Source: Daejeonella sp.
GTDB lineage: Bacteria; Bacteroidota; Bacteroidia; Sphingobacteriales; Sphingobacteriaceae
DNA length: 64,000 nucleotides
Reading direction: 5' to 3'
Assembly: GCA_044341405.1 (NCBI GenBank)
Contig: JBIIRT010000002.1
Location: 1,324 to 65,323 of the forward strand
The notes below the pieces were generated by a model. It was not told the DNA's origin, did no database searches, and worked only from the letters and a program-made list of their open reading frames with translations. Below, piece after piece: positions 1 through 8,195 of this stretch (the first letter of the stretch is position 1; each line of letters begins with the position of its first letter). Position numbers and translations under genes: made by a program.

Positions 1-1
1 C

Positions 2-70
2 AAGATTCTGTTACAGGATCATGGGGATGAAGTTTCTTTTAGAAGTATTAAAATAAAGGAGTTGAAGTAG
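2..70 (+). CDS. 3' end (partial) of a DUF1080 / 3-keto-disaccharide hydrolase family protein
   Basis: Manual translation from base 2: KILLQDHGDEVSFRSIKIKELK*, matching the DUF1080 C-terminal motif I.LQDHG..V.FR.IKI.EL. Confidence 0.75.
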   Translation, partial: KILLQDHGDEVSFRSIKIKELK

Positions 71-91
71 AGGATTCAGATCAAGGTCATT

Positions 92-118
92 ATTTAACCT
101 GAGTTAGGTTAAATTTTT
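92..118 (+). terminator. Probable intrinsic terminator of the DUF1080 gene
   Basis: 9-bp perfect stem ATTTAACCT/AGGTTAAAT followed by a T run; AT-rich stem. Confidence 0.5.
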
Positions 119-127
119 CAGGACTAA

Positions 128-473
128 TTAGATTGACAAATTTTCTTTATTTAGGAAAGCAAGTTCTGTGATTCTTCGGTCACACAAGTCCCGTGTTCTG
201 CTGTAGTTTTTTGCAGTAGTTTTGTCTAAATTATTAAATTCCGTATTGCAAAAAAGCTACAGCTGCCACCAGGGTTTATTTAAAATGGCAGTTAGTCCTT
301 TTGCCGGGCTGTAGGTCCCAATGAAAAACAGAACCAGGTAAAATAAACCTTGCCGTAGGAGATATCTTCCGGCTATCCGTAATTTGAACCAGAACGCGAT
401 TTCTTGCCGGAAATACTCCGTAGGAAAGGACTGAAACAGCCTATAACACACAGGTATTGGTTTTCAAAATCAA
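128..473. ncRNA. Unassigned structured non-coding element, copy 1 (homolog at 56510-56839, inverted)
   Basis: Reverse complement shares a 29/31-nt block (397-427), a 20-nt identical block (251-270) and a long similar terminal block with 56510-56839; several stems; strand not resolved. Confidence 0.6.
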
Positions 474-622
474 AAATAAAGGCTCCAGAGCCTTGTCTGA
501 CAATTATGATCGTGTTTTTTACCTTTCCTTGTATCGAATTCAGGCTAAGTTAAGGAATTGCAATACAAAAGAACCTCCTGACCCTAAATAATGAAATAGG
601 GATTTAGAAACGATTGAGTCAT

Positions 623-650
623 AAAAAAGCCCCGGATTATGTCCGGGGCT
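623..650 (-). terminator. Intrinsic terminator of tRNA-Arg
   Basis: AGCCCCGGA/TCCGGGGCT stem followed by a U6 tract on the minus strand. Confidence 0.85.
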
Positions 651-652
651 TG

Positions 653-724
653 TGTGCCCAGAGGGATTCGAACCCCCATCAGCAGAACCGGAATCTGCAA
701 TTCTATCCATTGAACTATGGGCAC
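653..724 (-). tRNA. tRNA-Arg (anticodon CCG)
   Basis: Minus strand GTGCCCA...TGGGCAC acceptor stem, anticodon arm GCAGA-TTCCGGT-TCTGC, GGTTCGAATCC T-arm; CCA not encoded. Confidence 0.95.
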
Positions 725-772
725 TTTAAATTGTTGTGGTAAATATACTTATTCCACTATTAGCGGCAAGGT

Positions 773-1873
773 TTAAACATTAAATCTAAAATGCATGATA
801 TCCCCATCCTGCACAATATAAGTTTTGCCTTCTACACCCAGCTTTCCGGCTTCCTTACAAGCTGCTTCAGAACCTAAGTTTACAAAATCCTCATATTTAA
901 TTACTTCTGCCCGGATGAAACCCTTTTCGAAATCAGAGTGAATAACTCCGGCAGCCTGGGGAGCCGTAAAACCCTGAGTAATAGTCCATGCTCTAACTTC
1001 CTGCACTCCTGCGGTGAAATAGGTAGCAAGCTTTAATAATTTATAAGCAGCTCGTATTAATTGGGTTACTCCCGACTCACTCAGTCCCAGATCTTCAAGG
1101 AACATTTGTCTTTCTTCAAAACTATCAAGGGAAGCTATTTCGGCCTCAATTTGAGCTGAAATAACCAAAACCTCTGCCTTTTCTTCCTTTACTGCTTCAC
1201 GAACCTTATCTACATATTGATTGCCACTTACAACCGATTTTTCATCCACATTACAAACATACATAACCGGCTTCTCTGTCAATAAAAACAAGTCGGCGAT
1301 AAATTCTTTGTCTTCTTCACTGATAGGAGCGGTGCGCACAGATTTACCTGATTCAAGGTGTGCCTTGACAATATTGCAAACCTCATAGGTCCTTTTTGCA
1401 TCCTTATCATTCCCTGTTTTAGCCATTTTCTCAACCTTTTGAATACGTTTTGAAACGGCATCAAGGTCTTTTAACTGCAATTCAGTGTCAATAATCTCTT
1501 TATCTCTGATTGGATCAACTGAACCATCCACATGGATCACATTATCATCATCAAAACAACGCAAAACATGGATTATAGCATTGGTAGCACGTATATTCCC
1601 AAGAAACTGGTTTCCCAAACCTTCCCCTTTACTGGCACCTTTTACAAGTCCGGCAATGTCCACGATTTCTATTGTATTTGGCTGAACCTTAAGCGGCTTA
1701 ACAAGTTCTGCAAGCTTGGTCAAACGAGGATCAGGCACTGTAATGACCCCGATATTTGGTTCGATAGTGCAAAATGGAAAATTCGCCGCTTGCGCTTTTG
1801 CGTTCGATAAACAATTAAAAAGTGTAGATTTTCCAACATTTGGTAATCCGACTATACCGCATTGTAATGCCAT
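773..1873 (-). CDS. ychF: Redox-regulated ATPase YchF (Obg family)
   Basis: GIVGLPNVGKSTLFN, ANFPFCTIEPN, DIAGLVKGASKGEGLGNQFL, C-terminal TGS domain. Confidence 0.97.
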   Translation of the reverse strand: MALQCGIVGLPNVGKSTLFNCLSNAKAQAANFPFCTIEPNIGVITVPDPRLTKLAELVKPLKVQPNTIEIVDIAGLVKGASKGEGLGNQFLGNIRATNAIIHVLRCFDDDNVIHVDGSVDPIRDKEIIDTELQLKDLDAVSKRIQKVEKMAKTGNDKDAKRTYEVCNIVKAHLESGKSVRTAPISEEDKEFIADLFLLTEKPVMYVCNVDEKSVVSGNQYVDKVREAVKEEKAEVLVISAQIEAEIASLDSFEERQMFLEDLGLSESGVTQLIRAAYKLLKLATYFTAGVQEVRAWTITQGFTAPQAAGVIHSDFEKGFIRAEVIKYEDFVNLGSEAACKEAGKLGVEGKTYIVQDGDIMHFRFNV

Positions 1874-1882
1874 TTTGAGTAA

Positions 1883-1966
1883 TAAGTTGTAAGTTATAGG
1901 TTATAAGTTTTAAGCTTTCGGCTTTTAGCTTTCGGCTTTTAGCTTTTAGCTTTTAGCTTTTAGCTT
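1883..1966. repeat. Degenerate heptamer tandem array (12 units, TTAGCTT/TCGGCTT/TAAGTTN)
   Basis: Direct reading; exact 7-bp period. Confidence 0.9.
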
Positions 1967-1974
1967 AATTGGCG

Positions 1975-1982
1975 CAAAGATA
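1975..1982 (-). promoter_or_regulatory. Bacteroidota -7 promoter box for ychF
   Basis: TATCTTTG on the minus strand matches TAnnTTTG. Confidence 0.6.
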
Positions 1983-2065
1983 GAATTTTTGTTCTGAGTT
2001 TTTCTGCCACTTGATAAACAGGATGTTGAAGTATTACTGTAAATCGGAAAGAATTCCCGGTAAGG

Positions 2066-2938
2066 TTAAAAAATGCAGGTATTGGGTTTTGTTCCAACGA
2101 CTTTCATCTTTGAAATGAATACATTCCCGCTTTCCGGATATTTTTTTAGTTCATCTTCATTCAAATCTCCCCTTGCGGTGGTGATGATGAGGTGGTCAAG
2201 ATTTTCACCTGCAAAAGCACAAGAAGTTACATGCGGAACGGGTATTTCAATCTTTTCAAGAAGATCACCGTTTGCCGGGTTCCAGCGGTACACACCAAAA
2301 CCTCCCCAATGTGCTACCCATAGCATCCCTTCATGGTCGATGCACATCCCATCAGGTGTGCCCATTTCTTCAGGAATATGAACTGCATTCTTATCAAACA
2401 GAATAGCCCCGCTGTTTGCATCAAAAATATAGGATTTTATGGTTTGAGTCGGACTATCAATAAAGTACATTCGCTGGTTATCTGCCGTCCAGGCCATACC
2501 GTTAGAAATTGTAAGATTCCCTAACTTTTTTTCGATACTTAGATTTTTATCAATGCAATATAAGGATGCAGCACCCAGTTTAAAATCCATGTCCATGGTG
2601 CCAATCCATAATCTACCACTGCTATCACATTTAGCATCATTACAGCGGTTGTTTTTAATCTCTGATTCAATATCCAATAGCCATTCCAGCTTCTCGGTAG
2701 CTAAATTAAACCGGGCAATTCCTGAGTTTAAACTCAGAATAAGACCATTTTCTATGGAGGGGCAAACTGAAGTAAGTCTGCCATCAAATTTCCAGGTTTT
2801 GGTTTCCTTACTAACCCAATGGTATTCAAATAACATACCCCGCTCTATGTCCACCCAAAAGCATGAATTTCGTTCGGCATGCCAAAGCGGTCCTTCGCCT
2901 AGCAGGGATTGAGCAGGGTAAAGGGTTTTTGCTTTCAT
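2066..2938 (-). CDS. SMP-30/gluconolactonase/LRE family sugar lactonase
   Basis: LGEGPLW, RCNDAKCDSSGRLWIG, ISNGMAW, PDGMCID, VTSCAFAG motifs; ATG at 2938 preferred over GTG at 2956. Confidence 0.9.
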   Translation of the reverse strand: MKAKTLYPAQSLLGEGPLWHAERNSCFWVDIERGMLFEYHWVSKETKTWKFDGRLTSVCPSIENGLILSLNSGIARFNLATEKLEWLLDIESEIKNNRCNDAKCDSSGRLWIGTMDMDFKLGAASLYCIDKNLSIEKKLGNLTISNGMAWTADNQRMYFIDSPTQTIKSYIFDANSGAILFDKNAVHIPEEMGTPDGMCIDHEGMLWVAHWGGFGVYRWNPANGDLLEKIEIPVPHVTSCAFAGENLDHLIITTARGDLNEDELKKYPESGNVFISKMKVVGTKPNTCIF

Positions 2939-3127
2939 TGTTTTGTTAGGAGTCACTGCTGTCCGGCTAATATAAAATTGTATATAAAATAGCCATTTAT
3001 GGGCTATATAATTTTTTTACGTATTTGATAAAAAGTAATACTCTCTTTCAGCACAATTTCAATATTTATATTTTCACTGACTTTAATCATGCAGTGGTTA
3101 TACCTATAATTGGAGGATTGTTCATAA

Positions 3128-3279
3128 GCTTTGGCCAAAGCACAAAATCTCCGTTAACGTTTTTTTTCCTCCGCCCGGGGCGGATGGTGCGGTAGGCACA
3201 GACCAAGCCTAAGCAATAACTTCAATAGCATCAGGTGCAGCGGCGGCATTTTGTTACTTTTCTGCTGCAGGAAAAGTAA
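3128..3279. repeat. Multi-hairpin REP/MITE-like intergenic element
   Basis: Palindrome GCTTTGGCCAAAGC (3128-3141), hairpin TCCGCCCGGGGCGGA (3170-3184), 9-bp stem TTACTTTTC/GAAAAGTAA (3254-3279). Confidence 0.5.
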
Positions 3280-3363
3280 AGAGAAAAATTAAGAGCCGAG
3301 AATAAAATTGTTAAACTACAATTTCAATATTCTCCTATAATTACTGATTAAGATTCTTGAAAA

Positions 3364-4131
3364 TCAATAGGGAGATGGACTAATACAAGACCATCCTCCA
3401 TCAATTACCAGACATTGTCCGGTGATCTGTTTCGCCTTCTCTGAAACCAAAAATAGAGCAGCATTCGCAACATCCATGGTTGTACCTGGTCTGCCCATTG
3501 GTGTTAATTTTGACCAGACAGTCTCATAATCAGGGTCATTAGTTGTTCTTTCTGTTATAGTGGCTCCCGGAGCAATCGTATTAACATTGATCTTGTAAGC
3601 AGAAAGTTCGATCACAAGATTCCTTGCAAGCATATCCAGGGCCGCTTTAGTCATTGCATATGCAGCGAGATCTTTGTGCGCCTGACGGCCGGTAATGGAT
3701 GAAGTGAATAGTATTGAACCTCCATCTGCCTGTTGCTTCATCTGCTTCGCAGCAGCCTGCGTCAGGAAAAATGTACCCGCCATATTTACATTGAGTACTC
3801 TGTTAAAGGCCTCCGGACTATACGTTAAAAAGTCGCCAAATAAAGTGATACCGGCATTGGCAATCACAATATCAAGTTTGCCAAATTGCTTCACTGCCAA
3901 ATCAACCATGCTTTGGATAAAATTCAGATCACTTGAATCTCCTGAAAGAGAAATGCAATTACCACCTTCCTCCCTGATTTGCCTTGCCGCACTCTCCGAA
4001 AGATCTGAATCAAGGTCGTTTAAAATAACCGCAGCACCTTCCTTAGCCAATTGTCTGCAGATTTCGAAACCAATACCCTGACCCGCTCCCGTAACAATTG
4101 CTACCATATTATCAAAAGACCTTTTATCCAT
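3364..4131 (-). CDS. SDR family NAD(P)-dependent oxidoreductase
   Basis: TGAGQGIG, NAG, YAMTK catalytic motif, VNTIAPG. Confidence 0.93.
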   Translation of the reverse strand: MDKRSFDNMVAIVTGAGQGIGFEICRQLAKEGAAVILNDLDSDLSESAARQIREEGGNCISLSGDSSDLNFIQSMVDLAVKQFGKLDIVIANAGITLFGDFLTYSPEAFNRVLNVNMAGTFFLTQAAAKQMKQQADGGSILFTSSITGRQAHKDLAAYAMTKAALDMLARNLVIELSAYKINVNTIAPGATITERTTNDPDYETVWSKLTPMGRPGTTMDVANAALFLVSEKAKQITGQCLVIDGGWSCISPSPY

Positions 4132-4143
4132 ATACTAATTATA

Positions 4144-5856
4144 TTAATGAGAGTCCCTTTTAACTTCGCTTCCGGAGCCACCTTTTAGGAAGTCAAGGTC
4201 AGCACCCAAATGGGCCTGTTCAACACTGCTGATATATAGACTTGTATATCCTCTGTCAGTATGAGCAGGGGAGGGCTTCCAGTTATCTTTTCTACGCTGG
4301 AGCTCTTCTGCACTGAGGTCAACATTCAAAGTACGGGCATTCAGATCCAATGTGATCAGGTCCCCCGTTTCAAGAACACTGAAATTTCCTCCCAGGGTCG
4401 CTTCAGGTGAAACATGCAGGACAACTGTGCCGAAACCTGTCCCACTCATTCGACCATCTGAAATCCTGACGATATCTTTAACCCCTTTTTCAAGTAGTTT
4501 TAGTGGCAAAGACATATTACCAACTTCAGCCATTCCCGGATAACCTTTTGGACCAACATTCTTTAAAACAAGGATACTATTTTCATCAACTGGCAATTCA
4601 GGGTCATCAATTCTTAACTTATAATCTTCTATATTTTCAAAAACTATTGCTTTACCACTATGCTGGAAAAGATGCGGACTTGCAGCAGTTGGCTTGATGA
4701 CAGCACCATCTTCACAAATATTGCCATAAAGCACCGCCAGTGCAGTAGTGTTATTAAATGGTTTATCAATGGATGCAATCACATCCCTGTTATAACATTT
4801 TGCGTTCTGGTAATTCTCCTGAATAGTTTTTCCGTTGGCAGTTTTACAAGCCGTATGGAGAAAAGAATCTAGTTCCTTGAGTAAAGCAGGTACACCTCCG
4901 GCATAATAAAAGTCTTCCATAAAATACTTTCCCGAAGGTTGTAAGTTTAAAAGAAGTGGAACGGAGGATGAAAGCTTGTCAAAATCCTTAAGATTCAAAG
5001 GTATACCAATCCTGCCGGCAATGGCTATTAAGTGAATCACAAAATTGGTAGATCCACCAATGGCAGCATTTACCTTGATGGCATTCTCAAATGCTTCTCT
5101 GGTAAGGATATCTGATAACTTTTGATCTTCTTTAACCATCTCCACTATTCTCCTGCCTGATAATTGGGCCAGTACTTTACGTCTGGAATCAGCAGCAGGT
5201 ATTGCGGCATTCTGTGGCAGAGTTAGTCCCAGTGATTCAACCATCGTTGCCATAGTTGAAGCAGTGCCCATAACCGCACAATGCCCCTGACTGCGACATA
5301 AACCTGACTCAGCAATATTAAGTTCTTCTTCCGACATCAGGCCTGATTTTACGTCATCCGAGAATCTCCAAACATCGCTTGTGCCTATATCACGACCATT
5401 GTATTTACCTGTAAGCATTGGTCCGCCTGAGACCACAATGGTAGGTATATTTACACTACATGCTCCCATTACTAAGGAAGGAGTAGTTTTATCGCAACCA
5501 CACAAAAGAACAACACCATCCATTGGGTTTGCACGGATCGACTCTTCAACATCCATACTGGCGAGATTACGGTAAAGCATTGCTGTTGGTTTGATCAATG
5601 TTTCACCCAATGACATCACCGGAAACTCTACTGGAAAACCTCCGGCTTCATAGATTCCTTTTTTTACAGATTCTGCTAGTTCTCTGAAATGTGCATTGCA
5701 GGGGGTGAGTTCAGACCAGGTATTGCATATTCCTATAACAGGTTTGCCTTGAAACTCATAGTCAGGTATACCCTGATTTTTCATCCAGGCCCTGTAAATA
5801 ATTCCATCTTTACCTTTTTTGCCAAACCACTGCTGGCTACGTAATTTTTTTTCCAT
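4144..5856 (-). CDS. IlvD/Edd family sugar-acid dehydratase (L-arabinonate dehydratase-like)
   Basis: LRSQQWFG, GICNTWSELTPCNAHFR, GCDKTTP, GHCAVMGTASTM, SDGRMSGT; N-terminus resembles the pentonate dehydratase subgroup. Confidence 0.88.
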   Translation of the reverse strand: MEKKLRSQQWFGKKGKDGIIYRAWMKNQGIPDYEFQGKPVIGICNTWSELTPCNAHFRELAESVKKGIYEAGGFPVEFPVMSLGETLIKPTAMLYRNLASMDVEESIRANPMDGVVLLCGCDKTTPSLVMGACSVNIPTIVVSGGPMLTGKYNGRDIGTSDVWRFSDDVKSGLMSEEELNIAESGLCRSQGHCAVMGTASTMATMVESLGLTLPQNAAIPAADSRRKVLAQLSGRRIVEMVKEDQKLSDILTREAFENAIKVNAAIGGSTNFVIHLIAIAGRIGIPLNLKDFDKLSSSVPLLLNLQPSGKYFMEDFYYAGGVPALLKELDSFLHTACKTANGKTIQENYQNAKCYNRDVIASIDKPFNNTTALAVLYGNICEDGAVIKPTAASPHLFQHSGKAIVFENIEDYKLRIDDPELPVDENSILVLKNVGPKGYPGMAEVGNMSLPLKLLEKGVKDIVRISDGRMSGTGFGTVVLHVSPEATLGGNFSVLETGDLITLDLNARTLNVDLSAEELQRRKDNWKPSPAHTDRGYTSLYISSVEQAHLGADLDFLKGGSGSEVKRDSH

Positions 5857-6047
5857 TTTAAATCTTTTTACCAGTAATTAGCTCAATCAAACATTAATCC
5901 CGCAACCACAACAACGAATATACATCACCATGATTAAAAAAATCAAACTAAAACGGTAATCTGAATAACATATTAAAGAAAATCAACAAAAAACTAAATT
6001 ATACCACCCAGATCTATTGATAATCGCTGAAGAAATTAGCTGGTTTT

Positions 6048-6314
6048 CTATGGCCACATTTGATTAATTAATCTAACTGTCCGGTCTACCAGAATTTGAC
6101 CTCCTTCAGAACCTACGATATTACTTTGACAGACTGCACTATATCCGCCGCCTCTGATTGCTTTTTCTGTAGCCAGATAAGTTCCTGGTCCGGCAAGCTG
6201 GACAATAAAGGTTTGTAATGCCTTGCTGCGTGCCTGAATTCGTATACCATAATCAGTAAACAATTCGAATTGATTGGTACATATTACTGCATCTCCTATG
6301 CGCAGGACATGTAT
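6048..6314 (-). pseudogene. 5'-truncated C-terminal remnant of a neutral/alkaline ceramidase-like hydrolase
   Basis: Frame reads IHVLRIGDAVICTNQFELFTDYGIRIQARSKALQTFIVQLAGPGTYLATEKAIRGGGYS..., preceded by in-frame TAA at 6315-6317; aligns with the C-terminal part of the ceramidase-like domain of 8196-9962. Confidence 0.75.
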
Positions 6315-6453
6315 TTAAGTGTAAATCTCGAATCACAAAGGACAGGAACCTGAAGTCCTTCAAAACTTAAAAACAGGTTAATAATTAGAAGTTGCATAGG
6401 CTACAATGATTAAATAATTAAAGGCAATGACATCACATATTTAAACGCTTAAT

Positions 6454-7299
6454 TTATCCCTTTTGCCCCTTAATATATTTAGCCACAGTCCCAACCGGAG
6501 CAATCCAAATACCATTTGCTGGGTTTTGAGCATATTCGATCAGCTTTTTAAGCATGTTCAATCGGGTTGTCTGGTTTCCTGATGTCCCCATTTCATGACC
6601 TGCAAGAACCAACCACGCACCGCTCTTTTTTGCATTTTCGATCAGCGGTAATATTTGCTCAAAATCTTTACCATCCATTTCCATCCCGGTTAACTGGGCA
6701 AGATCACAGAATTGAGGGGCATTGGGGCCTTCATCAAGCCAGCCTCTGCCACTCAGAAATAGTTTTGATACAACAGGAACGTAGCTTTTGGTGTTTTCCC
6801 CTCTGCCGATATAGGTTTGCCCGCAAGGATAAGCGAATACTTCAGCTTCAACCCCAAGCAATTCCTTAATATCTTTATTAGCCAGAATTAACTCACTCCG
6901 CATTTTTTTCAGGGTATAATTCTCTATGGCCTTTTGTCTCGACCATGGAAAATTACCGGTGCAGGGATGGTTGAAAGAATGATTCCCTATTTCATGGCCA
7001 CTCGCAACCGCTTTCTTCCAGCCTTCAAGTCTTTGTTTGACAGAATTAGGAACCACATAAAATGTGCCTTTAACTCCATACTGATCTAAAAGTGCTGTTC
7101 CGGCATCTACCTGACTTGCTCTTGCATCATCGAAACTTAAACTGATGGCTATTTGCTTTCCCTCAGGCCAGGTAAATATTGATTCACTTTGTTGCGCTAA
7201 TAGGATGTTGCCAGAAAGAATTAGCCAAACTGCTATTAGAATTAAATTCTTGCCTGAAGAATTTAGATTTCTTTTAGAGATAGTTGTCAAGGATTTCAT
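6454..7299 (-). CDS. Polysaccharide deacetylase family protein (NodB-like), exported
   Basis: SLSFDDA, HEIGNHSFNHP, FAYPCG, LAGH motifs; N-terminal signal peptide. Confidence 0.88.
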   Translation of the reverse strand: MKSLTTISKRNLNSSGKNLILIAVWLILSGNILLAQQSESIFTWPEGKQIAISLSFDDARASQVDAGTALLDQYGVKGTFYVVPNSVKQRLEGWKKAVASGHEIGNHSFNHPCTGNFPWSRQKAIENYTLKKMRSELILANKDIKELLGVEAEVFAYPCGQTYIGRGENTKSYVPVVSKLFLSGRGWLDEGPNAPQFCDLAQLTGMEMDGKDFEQILPLIENAKKSGAWLVLAGHEMGTSGNQTTRLNMLKKLIEYAQNPANGIWIAPVGTVAKYIKGQKG

Positions 7300-7314
7300 T
7301 TTATTTGATATCTG

Positions 7315-8169
7315 TTAATTGACTTTATTATATAAACCCTCGAAGTATTTCTTTCCCTCGATTACCTCGGCCAGGTTATTTTCCATTTTATGTTCACATT
7401 CAACATGAATCACTCCCTTAAATTGCTGACGCTTTAATTCATCTATTATCGGAGGAAAATTAATTACGCCCTTCCCAATAATGACATCATTAGCTTCCGG
7501 GTTATCAGATTGTTGAATGTCTTTTAAATGGACTCCAAGAATGTTTCCTTCTAGTTTTTTGAGACATTCGGCAGGATCCAATCCGCTTCTTTCCCAATGT
7601 CCTAGATCCGCACATACACCAAAATTTGGATGGTCTTTCATAGCAGCGATTACAGAATCAGGATGCCAATAAAGGCTTTTTCCCTTCGCATGCTCATGAA
7701 TGGCTACCTTAATCTTATAAACTCCTGCGAGACTATCCAGCATATCCCATGAATCCTTCTCTGGTTCAGCTACCAAATGCTGCATGTTCATTGCTTTGGC
7801 CATTTCAAAATAATACTTCCAGTCGGCTTCATTTTTTGCACCACTAACATACATCGATTGCATTTGAATATTTTTTTTAAGGAGCATTTCCATCATTTTA
7901 CTGATGTCTTCTACAGTCATTTCAGCCATAGTTTTTTCATTGAATTCCTTGCCCATCTTATGAAAAGAAAATCCTTCAACATAATTGACTCCTGCACTAT
8001 CTGCCTTATCGAGGGCATCAGCAAATGAAAAACGGTTGAATGAATACAAGGCTACACCCATATTCCATTCAGCATTTTGTTCCTGAGCTTTTTTGGAATT
8101 ATCAGTACATCCAATAAATGAACCAGCGAAAAGACATACATAACAGAGATAATTTTTTAATATTTTCAT
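7315..8169 (-). CDS. Sugar phosphate isomerase/epimerase (AP_endonuc_2 TIM barrel) lipoprotein
   Basis: Lipobox-like FIGC, VAIHEH, DLGHW, VHLKD, IHVECE. Confidence 0.85.
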   Translation of the reverse strand: MKILKNYLCYVCLFAGSFIGCTDNSKKAQEQNAEWNMGVALYSFNRFSFADALDKADSAGVNYVEGFSFHKMGKEFNEKTMAEMTVEDISKMMEMLLKKNIQMQSMYVSGAKNEADWKYYFEMAKAMNMQHLVAEPEKDSWDMLDSLAGVYKIKVAIHEHAKGKSLYWHPDSVIAAMKDHPNFGVCADLGHWERSGLDPAECLKKLEGNILGVHLKDIQQSDNPEANDVIIGKGVINFPPIIDELKRQQFKGVIHVECEHKMENNLAEVIEGKKYFEGLYNKVN

Positions 8170-8195
8170 TTTATTTTGATTTTTATAATGACTAT

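Noticed and set aside
285-314. Conserved A-rich ATGGCA start on the opposite strand of the paired element (MAVSPFAGL* vs MATVPSLWLVLSPTI*)
   Set aside because: Peptides diverge after two residues, and the ATG lies within a conserved stem that already explains its conservation
257-451. The two 64-aa ORFs (257-451 minus; 56517-56711 plus) share FP.EYFRQ and AI.N.P.WQL* in the same frame, suggesting a small-protein family
   Set aside because: All substitutions inside the conserved blocks are non-synonymous (ACG/CCG, GAA/GTA, TTA/TAT, AAA/AGA, TGG/GGG) with none synonymous, and the middles are unrelated, so conservation looks nucleotide-level. Frame retention (15-nt length difference) has a 1-in-3 chance. 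Not fully excluded; Ribo-seq would settle it.
128-473. Identity of the paired element as RNase P, tmRNA, 6S, SRP, glycine/cobalamin riboswitch or an IS200/IS605 derivative
   Set aside because: Only short motif echoes (ACAGAAC..GCTT, ACCGAAGAA, TCAA near one end). The diagnostic cores (GAGGAAAGUCC, tRNA-like ends, CUCUCAGG, GGGAA..GGUG) are absent, and identity continues past the TCAA.
508-570. Imperfect hairpin TTGTAT..AATTC/GAATT..ATACAA (520-570) next to copy 1 of the element
   Set aside because: AT-rich, interrupted, and without a counterpart at copy 2
653-724. tRNA-Arg as an integration site for an island or prophage
   Set aside because: No integrase, no duplicated tRNA 3' end and no phage genes in the window
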